A stretch of 39,696 nucleotides of DNA from a virus (Duplodnaviria > Caudoviricetes): positions 1-39,696 of the IMG/VR virus record IMGVR_UViG_3300043596_000015, one strand, 5' to 3'. The position numbers were made by a program, and so were the translations under genes. Below, one piece after another: positions 18,607 through 26,470 of the stretch; positions within the stretch are counted from its first letter, which is position 1, and each line of letters starts with the position of its first letter. The notes beneath the pieces were generated by a model. The model saw nothing but the letters and a program-made list of their open reading frames with translations, was not told the DNA's origin and did not search any database.

Positions 18607-19370
18607 TGACCAACTCCAGTACGCAGACGATCGCCGCGTCGTCCGGGCCCACAGCCCAGATCCGGACCGGCACCGTGGCGGCGGCCACCCTGGGATCGGC
18701 TACGGTCGTGGTCGGCGGGACGGCCTTTCAGGCGAGCTACGTCCTGCCGTTCGGCGTCACCCCGTCCCCTGCGTCCCTGCCGCAGGCCGGGGACCTGGTC
18801 TCGATCGTGCGCCAAGACTCGTCCTGGCAGATCCTCGGCCGGATCGCGGGCGCGGGCGAGAACCTGATCAGCAACGGAAGCTTCGAGGACTCCGCTCCCG
18901 GCACCTTTCCCACGGGATGGACCCTCTACAACATCACCTCCACATCGTCGGCCGCTGTCACAGACAGCGCGGCCGTCGACGGAGGGAACTCGGCGCTGGT
19001 GCTGGCCAACTCGGCGGCCGTCGCGGAGAGCTTCCTGTACAGCACCCCGGTCTCCGTGGCCGTGGGCGACGTGCTGACGCTCTCGGTGTACGTCGGCGCG
19101 TCCTACGGCACCAACGCCCCCGTCTCTGTGACGGGTGCCCTGTACGCGCTGTGGTTCGCCAATGACACGAACCTGTACCCGACCACGTCGTCGGCCGACT
19201 CCCTGATTGCAACGGCCGCCAACGTGGCGGGCGCTCCCCCGTTCACTCCACTGTCCGGCACGGTGACCGCCCCGGTGGCCGGATGGATGCGCCTTGCGCT
19301 CCGCTCTACCGTGGCCGACACAACCGGCCTGGTCTGGGACTTCGCTGTGGCCCGAAGGAATGAGGTCTGA
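18606..19370 (+). CDS. Minor tail protein with carbohydrate-binding-like domain
   Basis: OB-like N-terminus (P.AGD.V...W.ILG), then NLISNGSFE CBM-like domain. Confidence 0.7.
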   Translation: MTNSSTQTIAASSGPTAQIRTGTVAAATLGSATVVVGGTAFQASYVLPFGVTPSPASLPQAGDLVSIVRQDSSWQILGRIAGAGENLISNGSFEDSAPGTFPTGWTLYNITSTSSAAVTDSAAVDGGNSALVLANSAAVAESFLYSTPVSVAVGDVLTLSVYVGASYGTNAPVSVTGALYALWFANDTNLYPTTSSADSLIATAANVAGAPPFTPLSGTVTAPVAGWMRLALRSTVADTTGLVWDFAVARRNEV

Positions 19371-19963
19371 TGCCGGCCAACACCCCACGGGGAATCAGCT
19401 ACCCGCTGTACACCGACCCGATCGCCAACACGCAGGTGTACTTCCAAGACATGGCGACGGACATCGACACTCTCGTCGACCAGTTCTCCGATCGCCTGAT
19501 CGCGGCGGGCACCCGGCCCGCAGCTAAGGCTTCCGGCATCGCGAACCAGGCACTGGCCCCGCTGACCAACGTCACCTGCACGTGGGTCGGGGAGGACTTC
19601 GACAACGACAACATGATCGACCTCGCGGTGAACAACACGTTCATCACGCTGACCGATCAGGGCTTCTACATGGTGGGTGCGTCCGTCGGCCTCAGCAACA
19701 CGGCGGGCACCTACGGGGTGCGCGCCACCCTGACGTTCAGTGCCGGTCTGGGCGGCGGTATCCAGACGCTGCGAGGATCGAGCAACACCCTGGACCCGAG
19801 TCCCACGCAGACGTACATCAATCCGCTGTCCATGGTGTACTGCGACGGCATCACCCCGGTGAACTGCACGGTGGTCATGCGGCAGAACGCGGCCGCATCG
19901 ATCAACATCCAGGACCGCAACTTCTGGGCTGCCAAGGTGTCCAACCTGATGGGAGGGTTCTGA
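19370..19963 (+). CDS. Minor tail protein (paralog 2)
   Basis: GISYP...DMATDID; DNDNM and QGFYMV C1q/TNF-like strand pattern. Confidence 0.7.
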   Translation: MPANTPRGISYPLYTDPIANTQVYFQDMATDIDTLVDQFSDRLIAAGTRPAAKASGIANQALAPLTNVTCTWVGEDFDNDNMIDLAVNNTFITLTDQGFYMVGASVGLSNTAGTYGVRATLTFSAGLGGGIQTLRGSSNTLDPSPTQTYINPLSMVYCDGITPVNCTVVMRQNAAASINIQDRNFWAAKVSNLMGGF

Positions 19964-20541
19964 TGGGTGTCACCCCGAACCGCGGGTACCCGTACCCGGA
20001 CCCGACCAGCCCGATGCGGATCACCACGGACTTGCAGGCGCTGGCCGAAGCCGTGGACACCGACATCAAGGTCGAGCAGGACAGCATCATCCAGCGCCCG
20101 ATCTTCCGTGCCTCGGGTGGCGGGGACCGGCAGGAGTACGGCCCCGGCCCCACGGTCGACGTCTCCTACGCTGTGCTTGAGCAGAACAGTGGGGGAGCCC
20201 TGGCCGCGTCGACGGCCAGCCTCATGCCCCAGACCACGTTCACCCCGATGATCCCCGGACTGTGGGGCTTCACCGCTACGGTGGAGTATCCCCAGTGGCT
20301 CGGCATCGGGTGGGTGAAGCTGTCCCTGTACACCAACTTCTGGATCGCCTCTTCGATCGCCACCGAGATGCCGAACAACGTCGACGGCAACCGCACCATC
20401 TCGGTGACCGGGGTCAATCACTTCTCCGGCCCCGGCGGCAACACGGTCAAGGCGATCTTTGAAGCGAACCCCATCGGCACCCGTGCCGTCTTCCCGATGT
20501 TCTCCCGAAGCCTGACAGGCTTCCTTCTCGCAAGGGACTGA
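19963..20541 (+). CDS. Minor tail protein (paralog 3)
   Basis: GYPYP...ALAEAVDTD and PGLW motifs; TGATG coupling. Confidence 0.7.
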   Translation: MGVTPNRGYPYPDPTSPMRITTDLQALAEAVDTDIKVEQDSIIQRPIFRASGGGDRQEYGPGPTVDVSYAVLEQNSGGALAASTASLMPQTTFTPMIPGLWGFTATVEYPQWLGIGWVKLSLYTNFWIASSIATEMPNNVDGNRTISVTGVNHFSGPGGNTVKAIFEANPIGTRAVFPMFSRSLTGFLLARD

Positions 20542-20544
20542 CCC

Positions 20545-20766
20545 ATGAGCAAGGCATTCGTACTGGATCTGGTGGAGCGCGCTCTGGGGGCGTTCCTGGG
20601 GGCTGCTATCGGCGTCCTCGGGCTGGACGTAACCAACGTCCTGAACCTCGCGGTATGGCAACAGGCCGCCACGGCCGGCGCTTCCGCTGCCGCAGTGCTG
20701 GTGCTCGGCCTGCTGAGCAAGCCGGTCGGCGACAAGCAGACGGCCAGCGTCCAGAAGAAGCAGTAG
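20545..20766 (+). CDS. Holin (r1t-like)
   Basis: 73 aa, KAF..DL.ERA..F N-terminus, two hydrophobic segments, charged C-terminus. Confidence 0.75.
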   Translation: MSKAFVLDLVERALGAFLGAAIGVLGLDVTNVLNLAVWQQAATAGASAAAVLVLGLLSKPVGDKQTASVQKKQ

Positions 20767-20772
20767 CACAGC

Positions 20773-20809
20773 GAGAAGCCCGCTCCGTGGGGGACGGAGC
20801 GGGCTTCTC
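20773..20809. terminator. Bidirectional terminator between convergent operons
   Basis: gagaagcccgctccgt / acggagcgggcttctc perfect 16-bp stem. Confidence 0.85.
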
Positions 20810-20860
20810 TGTGTAACCGGAGGAGCACCCCGGGAGCGGCTGACTAGGCCGCTCGGTGGT

Positions 20861-21388
20861 CTAGAAGGGAGCCTCGCCCTTGGCGAACGGGTTCTCCTCC
20901 GTGGTTGCCGGAGTCGAGCCCAGGAAGTCATTGGCGGCTGCTGCGTTCTGGCTCGGTGCCGTCCACTCGCACTTGAATTCGTACGCGGGCAGGCGCTGCT
21001 TGTCCTTCTGCGGGCCGTCCGCGATCCGCTCCACCCGAAGGCGTCCGCCGATCTCGAACTTGACGTTGGCGTCGCGCAGTGCCTGCGTGAGCGCCTTCTG
21101 CAAGTTGCCCTTGACGTACAGGGCGCGCATGCCGTTGTCGTCCGGGAGAGCCTTGCGGATGTATCGGGTGGTCTCCCACGTCTCGCCGGTCGGGGCGCAC
21201 TCCATGTCAAGGACCATCTGCATGGCCGGGGAACCGTCTGACCAGAACTTAGGGGCGCCCCCCTCGTACTCAGACTGCTGCTTCATGGCGGCTGCGGTGA
21301 CGGTGCCCTCAACCACGTAACCCACAGTGGGGAACTTGGCCGCGACGAGACCGCCGGAGAGGAACTGCGAGAACGGGTCCTGGCTCAT
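20861..21388 (-). CDS. Single-stranded DNA-binding-like protein
   Basis: Start MSQDPF with RBS aagga; OB-fold-like beta pattern; acidic/aromatic tail EENPFAKGEAPF; lies near the exonuclease. Confidence 0.6.
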   Translation of the reverse strand: MSQDPFSQFLSGGLVAAKFPTVGYVVEGTVTAAAMKQQSEYEGGAPKFWSDGSPAMQMVLDMECAPTGETWETTRYIRKALPDDNGMRALYVKGNLQKALTQALRDANVKFEIGGRLRVERIADGPQKDKQRLPAYEFKCEWTAPSQNAAAANDFLGSTPATTEENPFAKGEAPF

Positions 21389-21419
21389 CCTTGATTCCTT
21401 TGCTTGGTGAATACCTTGG

Positions 21420-21780
21420 GTGGTGGGGCCCGGCCGGTTGGGTGGTTCTGCGCCCGGCCGAGCCCCCGGATTTGATCGGCCCAGACTCTGCTTACCGACC
21501 GTACCGTGTCCGTTTGGTTTAGGTTCGGGATGGACTTCCCTGCAACGGCTCTTCCGACCAGTTGAGCCGAGCCTCACCAGATCTCTCGTCCGAATCAGGG
21601 GTACCGGCCGGAAGCCGTTTGCCGATCATCGGTGGATCGTAGATCTGTGCGTGAACCGGAGTTGAACCGGATTACTGGCCGCCTTCCAGAATGACCCTTC
21701 AGGTCCAGCACGCGCCACGTTTTACGGCCGCCGCCAGGCTACTTACCTCATACGCATATGTTCGTCGCGCCTTGTTGGGT
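21420..21780 (-). ncRNA. Putative large structured non-coding RNA
   Basis: About 400-nt gap with no convincing ORF, several helices, a TTCAACT T-loop arm; lies downstream of a strong promoter and the tRNA. Confidence 0.55.
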
Positions 21781-21787
21781 TCGCCTG

Positions 21788-21877
21788 CTCCGCAAGAGGG
21801 ATTCGAACCCTCAGCCTCGGAGGCTTTCGCCCCACTCACCCTTAGCGGGTGGCGCTCTACCATTGAGCTACTGCGGA
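21788..21877 (-). tRNA. Atypical class II tRNA (Ser-like body; anticodon reads CUA in the standard register, or a 5-nt GCUAA loop)
   Basis: Acceptor TCCGCAG/TTGCGGA, D arm GCTC-AATGGTA-GAGC, long variable arm GGGGC-GAAA-GCCTC, T arm GAGGG-TTCGAAT-CCCTC, discriminator G73, no encoded CCA. Confidence 0.8.
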
Positions 21878-21968
21878 ACCCTCGCCTTCCCAGGTAAGGG
21901 AGTCTTGGGGGAGGAGCGGAAGCTACCCGAGCGATGGATGGGAACCGCTCCTCCGTTGAACAAGACCT

Positions 21969-21997
21969 ACTCTATGCCGCCGGCCAAGCTGTGTCAA
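21969..21997 (-). promoter_or_regulatory. Sigma70/HrdB-type promoter for the RNA locus
   Basis: TTGACA-17 bp-TAGAGT on the minus strand. Confidence 0.8.
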
Positions 21998-22007
21998 CAG
22001 TAGACAA

Positions 22008-23546
22008 CTACCCGGTTACCCCGGCGCTCCGGAGTGCCGACTGCGCGAGCTGCACCAGCCGGTTCAGCTCCATCGGGTCGATCCCGGCATCCTTCGCTTC
22101 CTGCCACAGGGTGCCAGCCTCGGCGATCGTGGCGACGCCGGAGAACTTCACCGACCAGTCCCACAGCTCCGTCTCGGCAGGCGCCTGTGCGGGCGCCAGG
22201 GAGGAGAACGGGATGGGTTTGGGGCGCAGGGACCGGCGGGCCAGGACAGACCCGCACTCGGCCGCGTAGTCCCATCCCCGCTCAAGGTCGGCGGCCAGCG
22301 CCCGGCACGTCCCGACGTGGTCGCCCTTGGTGGGCAGGTGGATCACGATGCCCCACTCCTGCGACACGCGCAGCTTCGGGGGTTCCCACTCCCCGGCGTC
22401 CCAGTTGTAGGTTCCGTGCCGGTTGTATCCGTGGGCGTAGATAGCCTCCTGGCACTCGATCGGATCCCACCCGTAATCCATCGACTTGCCGGTCTTGATG
22501 TCGCCGATGTAGTAGGCGCCGGTCGCGACGTGCTCGTAGACGTTGTCGAACGAGCCGGACACCCCGCCCCACTCTTCGATGAACGTCGTCAGCTCCTGCA
22601 TGCCCGTCACGGCGCGCAGCCCCGCAGCCTTCAGGGCGTCGCGGTACAGGACCACGAACGGGCGGAACGCCGGGGGGACCTGGTCCAGGGTGACTTCTCC
22701 CTTGTCCCAGCGCTCACACAGCTTGTGAAGCAGGGTGCCTGTGTCGGCCGCCTTCTTGGAGCCGGCAGCCTCTTCCAGGATCTTGACGAGACCCTTGAGC
22801 TCATCCTTGTGCGTGTCCCATGTCTTGCCGTGAGCGTCGGCCGCGACCTCGGGCCGGGCCGCAGCACCAACCAGGACGTTGACCTTCTGCCAGTCGGTCA
22901 GGCCAGACGTGTCTTCGACCGCCTTGTTGAAGGTGGTCACCCGGCGGACCGACTTGACGTTGCCGTTCTTGTACCGGCGGAAGTCCCCGAGGACGGGATC
23001 CTTCAGGCGGTGCCCGTTGCGGTCCGTGCGCAGGGTCGCCGGCTTGTCCGACACCGGGGCAGGCGCGGTGAAGAAGTCGGCCAGCACCTTGGACTGCACG
23101 TCGATAATCTCCTCTTCCACCCTGGTCGTGGCCAGGTGCTCCGGCGGCATGCTCGGCAGCTTCACGTTCGCCGCTGTCGGCCGCTCCCACGCCTGTCCCT
23201 GCTCCACCGCCTTGACTTCAGGTGAGCAGTCACGGCACTGGTACCCGCCCTGTCCATCTGCGCGCACCGTGTGGCCCTGCTCGAAGCCCTTGCCGCATTC
23301 CTCGCAGATACCGGGGAACGCTGCGTTGAACCAAAAACCCGGCGTGTCCCCAGTGTAGATCGGGTCCCGGGGGAGTCCCAGTGCCTCGCTCGCCACCGCG
23401 TCCATGCGTGCTGCGGTCTCTGCCTTCTGCTCTGGGGTGCGCCGGTTGAGTGCGTCGATGACCTGAGCCGTCAGCGACGGTTCCGGCTGGCCGGTCGGGC
23501 ACGTCCGCTTGGTGTGCCCCGGCTCCCTGCATGTTCCACAAGCCAT
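22008..23546 (-). CDS. PD-(D/E)xK exonuclease (RecE/Cas4-like) with N-terminal zinc knuckle
   Basis: GT.LH, GSFD, IGDIKTG and Q.AIYA motifs; start MACGTC with RBS aagggg. Confidence 0.85.
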   Translation of the reverse strand: MACGTCREPGHTKRTCPTGQPEPSLTAQVIDALNRRTPEQKAETAARMDAVASEALGLPRDPIYTGDTPGFWFNAAFPGICEECGKGFEQGHTVRADGQGGYQCRDCSPEVKAVEQGQAWERPTAANVKLPSMPPEHLATTRVEEEIIDVQSKVLADFFTAPAPVSDKPATLRTDRNGHRLKDPVLGDFRRYKNGNVKSVRRVTTFNKAVEDTSGLTDWQKVNVLVGAAARPEVAADAHGKTWDTHKDELKGLVKILEEAAGSKKAADTGTLLHKLCERWDKGEVTLDQVPPAFRPFVVLYRDALKAAGLRAVTGMQELTTFIEEWGGVSGSFDNVYEHVATGAYYIGDIKTGKSMDYGWDPIECQEAIYAHGYNRHGTYNWDAGEWEPPKLRVSQEWGIVIHLPTKGDHVGTCRALAADLERGWDYAAECGSVLARRSLRPKPIPFSSLAPAQAPAETELWDWSVKFSGVATIAEAGTLWQEAKDAGIDPMELNRLVQLAQSALRSAGVTG

Positions 23547-23566
23547 GTCTCTCCCCTTACGATGGA

Positions 23567-23597
23567 GAGACGGGCCCCATTCACCGGGGCCCGTCTC
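23567..23597. terminator. GC hairpin closing the small-gene cassette
   Basis: gagacgggcccc / ggggcccgtctc. Confidence 0.65.
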
Positions 23598-23602
23598 GCT
23601 TT

Positions 23603-23671
23603 CTACTTGCTCTTGTACGTCGACAGCAGGACCAGGATGATCGCGATCACCACGACCACTCCCCACCCCAT
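23603..23671 (-). CDS. 22-aa membrane peptide
   Basis: MGWGVVVVIAIILVLLSTYKSK*, TGATG coupling to the upstream ORF. Confidence 0.5.
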   Translation of the reverse strand: MGWGVVVVIAIILVLLSTYKSK

Positions 23672-23826
23672 CACTTGTTGACGTCCTTGATGCCCTGCGA
23701 GATGCCGGCCACCGTGGTGGGGACGACTACCGAGTTGCCGGACTGAGTGTCGGTGACGCGGGACTCGCCATTGGCGGTGCCTGCGTCGGTGACGACGATT
23801 GCGGGGGTGTAGACCTTGTCGGCCAT
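23671..23826 (-). CDS. 51-aa hypothetical protein
   Basis: MADKVYTPAIVVTDAG...VNK*, RBS ggagg, typical high-GC codon use. Confidence 0.65.
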   Translation of the reverse strand: MADKVYTPAIVVTDAGTANGESRVTDTQSGNSVVVPTTVAGISQGIKDVNK

Positions 23827-23827
23827 T

Positions 23828-23902
23828 TCACTTGCCTCCGTGGATTGAGCAGGGGCGGATTCGCCCGCAGAAACAGAAACCGATCATGTGCAGGAACTTC
23901 AT
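23828..23902 (-). CDS. 24-aa Cys/His peptide
   Basis: MKFLHMIGFCFCGRIRPCSIHGGK*, RBS aaagggg directly after the promoter repeat. Confidence 0.45.
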   Translation of the reverse strand: MKFLHMIGFCFCGRIRPCSIHGGK

Positions 23903-23919
23903 TTCCGTGTTCCCCTTTC

Positions 23920-23961
23920 GATGTCTCTAGTAGACACCCTATGGTGCGATCGAGTCAAGCC
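23920..23961 (-). promoter_or_regulatory. 42-bp promoter/operator repeat, copy 1
   Basis: GGCTTGACTCGATCGCACCATAGGGTGTCTACTAGAGACATC on the minus strand. Confidence 0.85.
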
Positions 23962-25593
23962 CTACACAGGGACATGTGGGTCGAGCATCCTCGACTTGAA
24001 CACGATATCGATGGCCTCGGACACTTCGCCGGCCCGCTTGCCCTCGTGCTCGACGCCGAGCCGTTCGGCCAGCGCGACCACCTTCTCCGACGGCTTCTTC
24101 TTCCGCCACGCCGCGCCCCGACTGATGCCGAACGTCTCGTAGTCCTCGGCCACCGCCTCACCCCACGCCATCGCTCCGGACAGATCCATGCCCCGGTACT
24201 GCGTGTACTTCGGGCTCTCACCCTTGGTGATGGTGCAGACCGCCCACGCCGCGTCGTCCCGCCACAGGAACACGGTCGTGTCCCCGCAGCCGATGAACAG
24301 GACGCCCTTCTGAGTGCGGCTCCACGCCTTCTCAGAGGCCGCGAACAGGTCCAGCTCCCTGTGCTTCAGGGCGAACGCCACGGAGCCCTGAGCGGGCACC
24401 TGGCTGGCTTCCTCGGCCTCTCGTACGACCGCGTCGGCCAGCAGCTCGCCATCCTTCACGGAGAGCACGGAGCCGGGCTCAAGGTCGACCAGGGTCCGGA
24501 GCTTGTTCGAGGACGCGCCGACCATGTCGAGGACCAGCGCTTCGGTCTTGCCGGGGTAGGGCCGCAGCGCCCGGCCCACCATCTGAATGTAGAGCGGGTT
24601 GGACTGCGTCGGCCGGGCGATGACCGCGCACGATGCCCACGGCGCGTCGAACCCCTCCGTCAGCACCATGCAGTTCACCAGCACCTGCACCTTGCCCGTG
24701 CGGAACTGTTCGTAGATCTCCCGCCGCGTCTCCGGGTGCGTCTCGCCCGAGATGAACTGCGACGGGATGCCCGCCTGATGCAGCGCGAGCGATGTGCTGA
24801 TCGCCGTCTCGACTGTCGGCGTGAAGACCACGCCCTGCCGGTCGGCCGCGTGCTCCTTGTACGCGCGGGCAATCACCTTGTCGGCGCCTGCCGCCTCCAT
24901 CGCCTCGCCCAGCGCGCCGGCCTGGTAGTCGCCGCGACTGACCCGGACCGCTCCCAGGTCGAATCCGTCGATGTCGACGCGCACCGCCTTGACGTCGGAC
25001 AGATACCCCTTGGAGATCATCCATAGGAGCGAGCGCGAGAACACGACCTCTTCCCACGTGGACCCGAGGCCGACTCCGTCCCCGCGCGCCATGGTCGCCG
25101 TGACGCCGAGCTGTAGCGCATCGGGGAAGGCGGCGTACACCTTCTTGTACGACGCAGCAGCCGCGTGATGGCACTCGTCCGTGATGATGAGACCGACCGG
25201 CCCATACGCTGAGTGCTGATCGCCGACCAGCGCGTCAAGGCGCCGCTTTACCGCGAGGGTCTGCACCGAGCAGACCATGACGTCGGCGTCGATGTCGTTC
25301 GACTCCGCCTTGACCTTGCCCACGTTCAGGCCCGGCGCGATGGACCGCAGCTTGACGATGGCCTGGTCCGCGAGCTCATCACGGTGCACCAGGATGATGA
25401 CGCGGAGACCCCGGTTCGGTGCCATGACCAGATTCGGAGCCGACCGGAACCGCCTCACCAGGTGGGAGAAGACGACCGTCTTCCCGGCCCCGGTGGGGAG
25501 CACGATGGCCGGGCGCTGCATGCCATCGGACCACGCAGAGAACACGGCGTCGATCGCCTCGGTCTGGTACGGCCTGAGCTTGAGTTCAGTCAT
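23962..25593 (-). CDS. Superfamily 2 DExH helicase
   Basis: LRPYQ, LPTGAGKT, DECHH, GVTAT, LTEGFD and QMVGRALR motifs. Confidence 0.95.
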   Translation of the reverse strand: MTELKLRPYQTEAIDAVFSAWSDGMQRPAIVLPTGAGKTVVFSHLVRRFRSAPNLVMAPNRGLRVIILVHRDELADQAIVKLRSIAPGLNVGKVKAESNDIDADVMVCSVQTLAVKRRLDALVGDQHSAYGPVGLIITDECHHAAAASYKKVYAAFPDALQLGVTATMARGDGVGLGSTWEEVVFSRSLLWMISKGYLSDVKAVRVDIDGFDLGAVRVSRGDYQAGALGEAMEAAGADKVIARAYKEHAADRQGVVFTPTVETAISTSLALHQAGIPSQFISGETHPETRREIYEQFRTGKVQVLVNCMVLTEGFDAPWASCAVIARPTQSNPLYIQMVGRALRPYPGKTEALVLDMVGASSNKLRTLVDLEPGSVLSVKDGELLADAVVREAEEASQVPAQGSVAFALKHRELDLFAASEKAWSRTQKGVLFIGCGDTTVFLWRDDAAWAVCTITKGESPKYTQYRGMDLSGAMAWGEAVAEDYETFGISRGAAWRKKKPSEKVVALAERLGVEHEGKRAGEVSEAIDIVFKSRMLDPHVPV

Positions 25594-25825
25594 CGTCGCC
25601 CCTCCAGACCCTGACATCGTGCTGGACGTTCGTGGCTGTGGGATGCTCCCGAGAGAATTGTGCTGCCAAATCGTCTCGCAGGATGGATCCGGTCACGTCG
25701 TACGTCTCCACAGATGCGATGACTTGGAGGTACACGACGTAGTCCCCGAGTCGACCGCTCACGATCAACCGGACAAGCGGTTCCCCGTCTCCCTCGAATC
25801 CCCTGCTCTCGATCCACTCAGTCAT
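25586..25825 (-). CDS. Hypothetical protein
   Basis: MTEWIESRGF...; overlaps both neighbours in the operon. Confidence 0.55.
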   Translation of the reverse strand: MTEWIESRGFEGDGEPLVRLIVSGRLGDYVVYLQVIASVETYDVTGSILRDDLAAQFSREHPTATNVQHDVRVWRGDDD

Positions 25826-25905
25826 CGCTGGCTCGCAATCCACACCACGGCCAGGAAGATCCCGACGATCCAGATCAGGCGCTTCTCGTACTTGTTGAAC
25901 CTCAC
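25822..25905 (-). CDS. 27-aa membrane peptide
   Basis: MRFNKYEKRLIWIVGIFLAVVWIASQR*, RBS aaggag, ATGA coupling. Confidence 0.5.
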   Translation of the reverse strand: MRFNKYEKRLIWIVGIFLAVVWIASQR

Positions 25906-25915
25906 TGCCACTCCT

Positions 25916-26173
25916 TCATGACTCGGTCGGCGACGGTGCGCCACCCAACACGCAGCGGACGCACAAGGGTGATCCGCAGAACCGGCCCGCCCGGTGCGCT
26001 GTACGCATCACCGACTTCTCGTTCCCCGCGTCGATGCAGGGACGGCAGCGACAACCCAGATCGCTGTACGTGTACCACCGCCCGTGCCCCGCGCGGTCGC
26101 GCATGGCGGGGTCCTTCTCGGCGCGCGCCTTGATGTCCTTGCGCCACGCCCGGCGCTGCTCCGGTGTCCTCAT
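25916..26173 (-). CDS. Small Zn-binding protein
   Basis: HG....Y...GCRC..C motif common in actinophages. Confidence 0.6.
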   Translation of the reverse strand: MRTPEQRRAWRKDIKARAEKDPAMRDRAGHGRWYTYSDLGCRCRPCIDAGNEKSVMRTAHRAGRFCGSPLCVRCVLGGAPSPTES

Positions 26174-26464
26174 TCACGGCGTCCGGTTCTCTGCCAGCCC
26201 GAAGTACGGGTCGAAGGTACCGTCGGTGGCTCCCTCGACGACGCAGTCCGGGAAGTCGTCGCGCAGGTCCAGCTTCAGGACGCCGACCGTGATCAGGAAG
26301 GAGATCAGCTCGACGGTGGTCCGGGTGTTGGTCCGGCGATACAGGTCGGACAGCGTGCGCTGAACGCTGCTCGCGCTGCTCTTCATCAGGCGCCCGGCGT
26401 AGGGGCGGGAGGATCCCTGAGCCATGAGGCGAAGGGTGTCGTGTTCTCTCTGGGTCAGCTTCAT
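26174..26464 (-). CDS. LuxR/GerE-type helix-turn-helix regulator
   Basis: LTQRE...LRLMAQG.S......M..S..SV.....LY.......EL pattern. Confidence 0.8.
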   Translation of the reverse strand: MKLTQREHDTLRLMAQGSSRPYAGRLMKSSASSVQRTLSDLYRRTNTRTTVELISFLITVGVLKLDLRDDFPDCVVEGATDGTFDPYFGLAENRTP

Positions 26465-26470
26465 GGTTCG

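Noticed and set aside
21389-21577. N-terminal extension of the SSB ORF given by the track (start 21577)
   Set aside because: A good RBS precedes ATG 21388, and the extension has atypical codons and overlaps structured RNA.
22008-23546. True Cas4 with a CRISPR-linked role
   Set aside because: No C-terminal Fe-S cysteine cluster and no array; it fits an ordinary phage recombination exonuclease.
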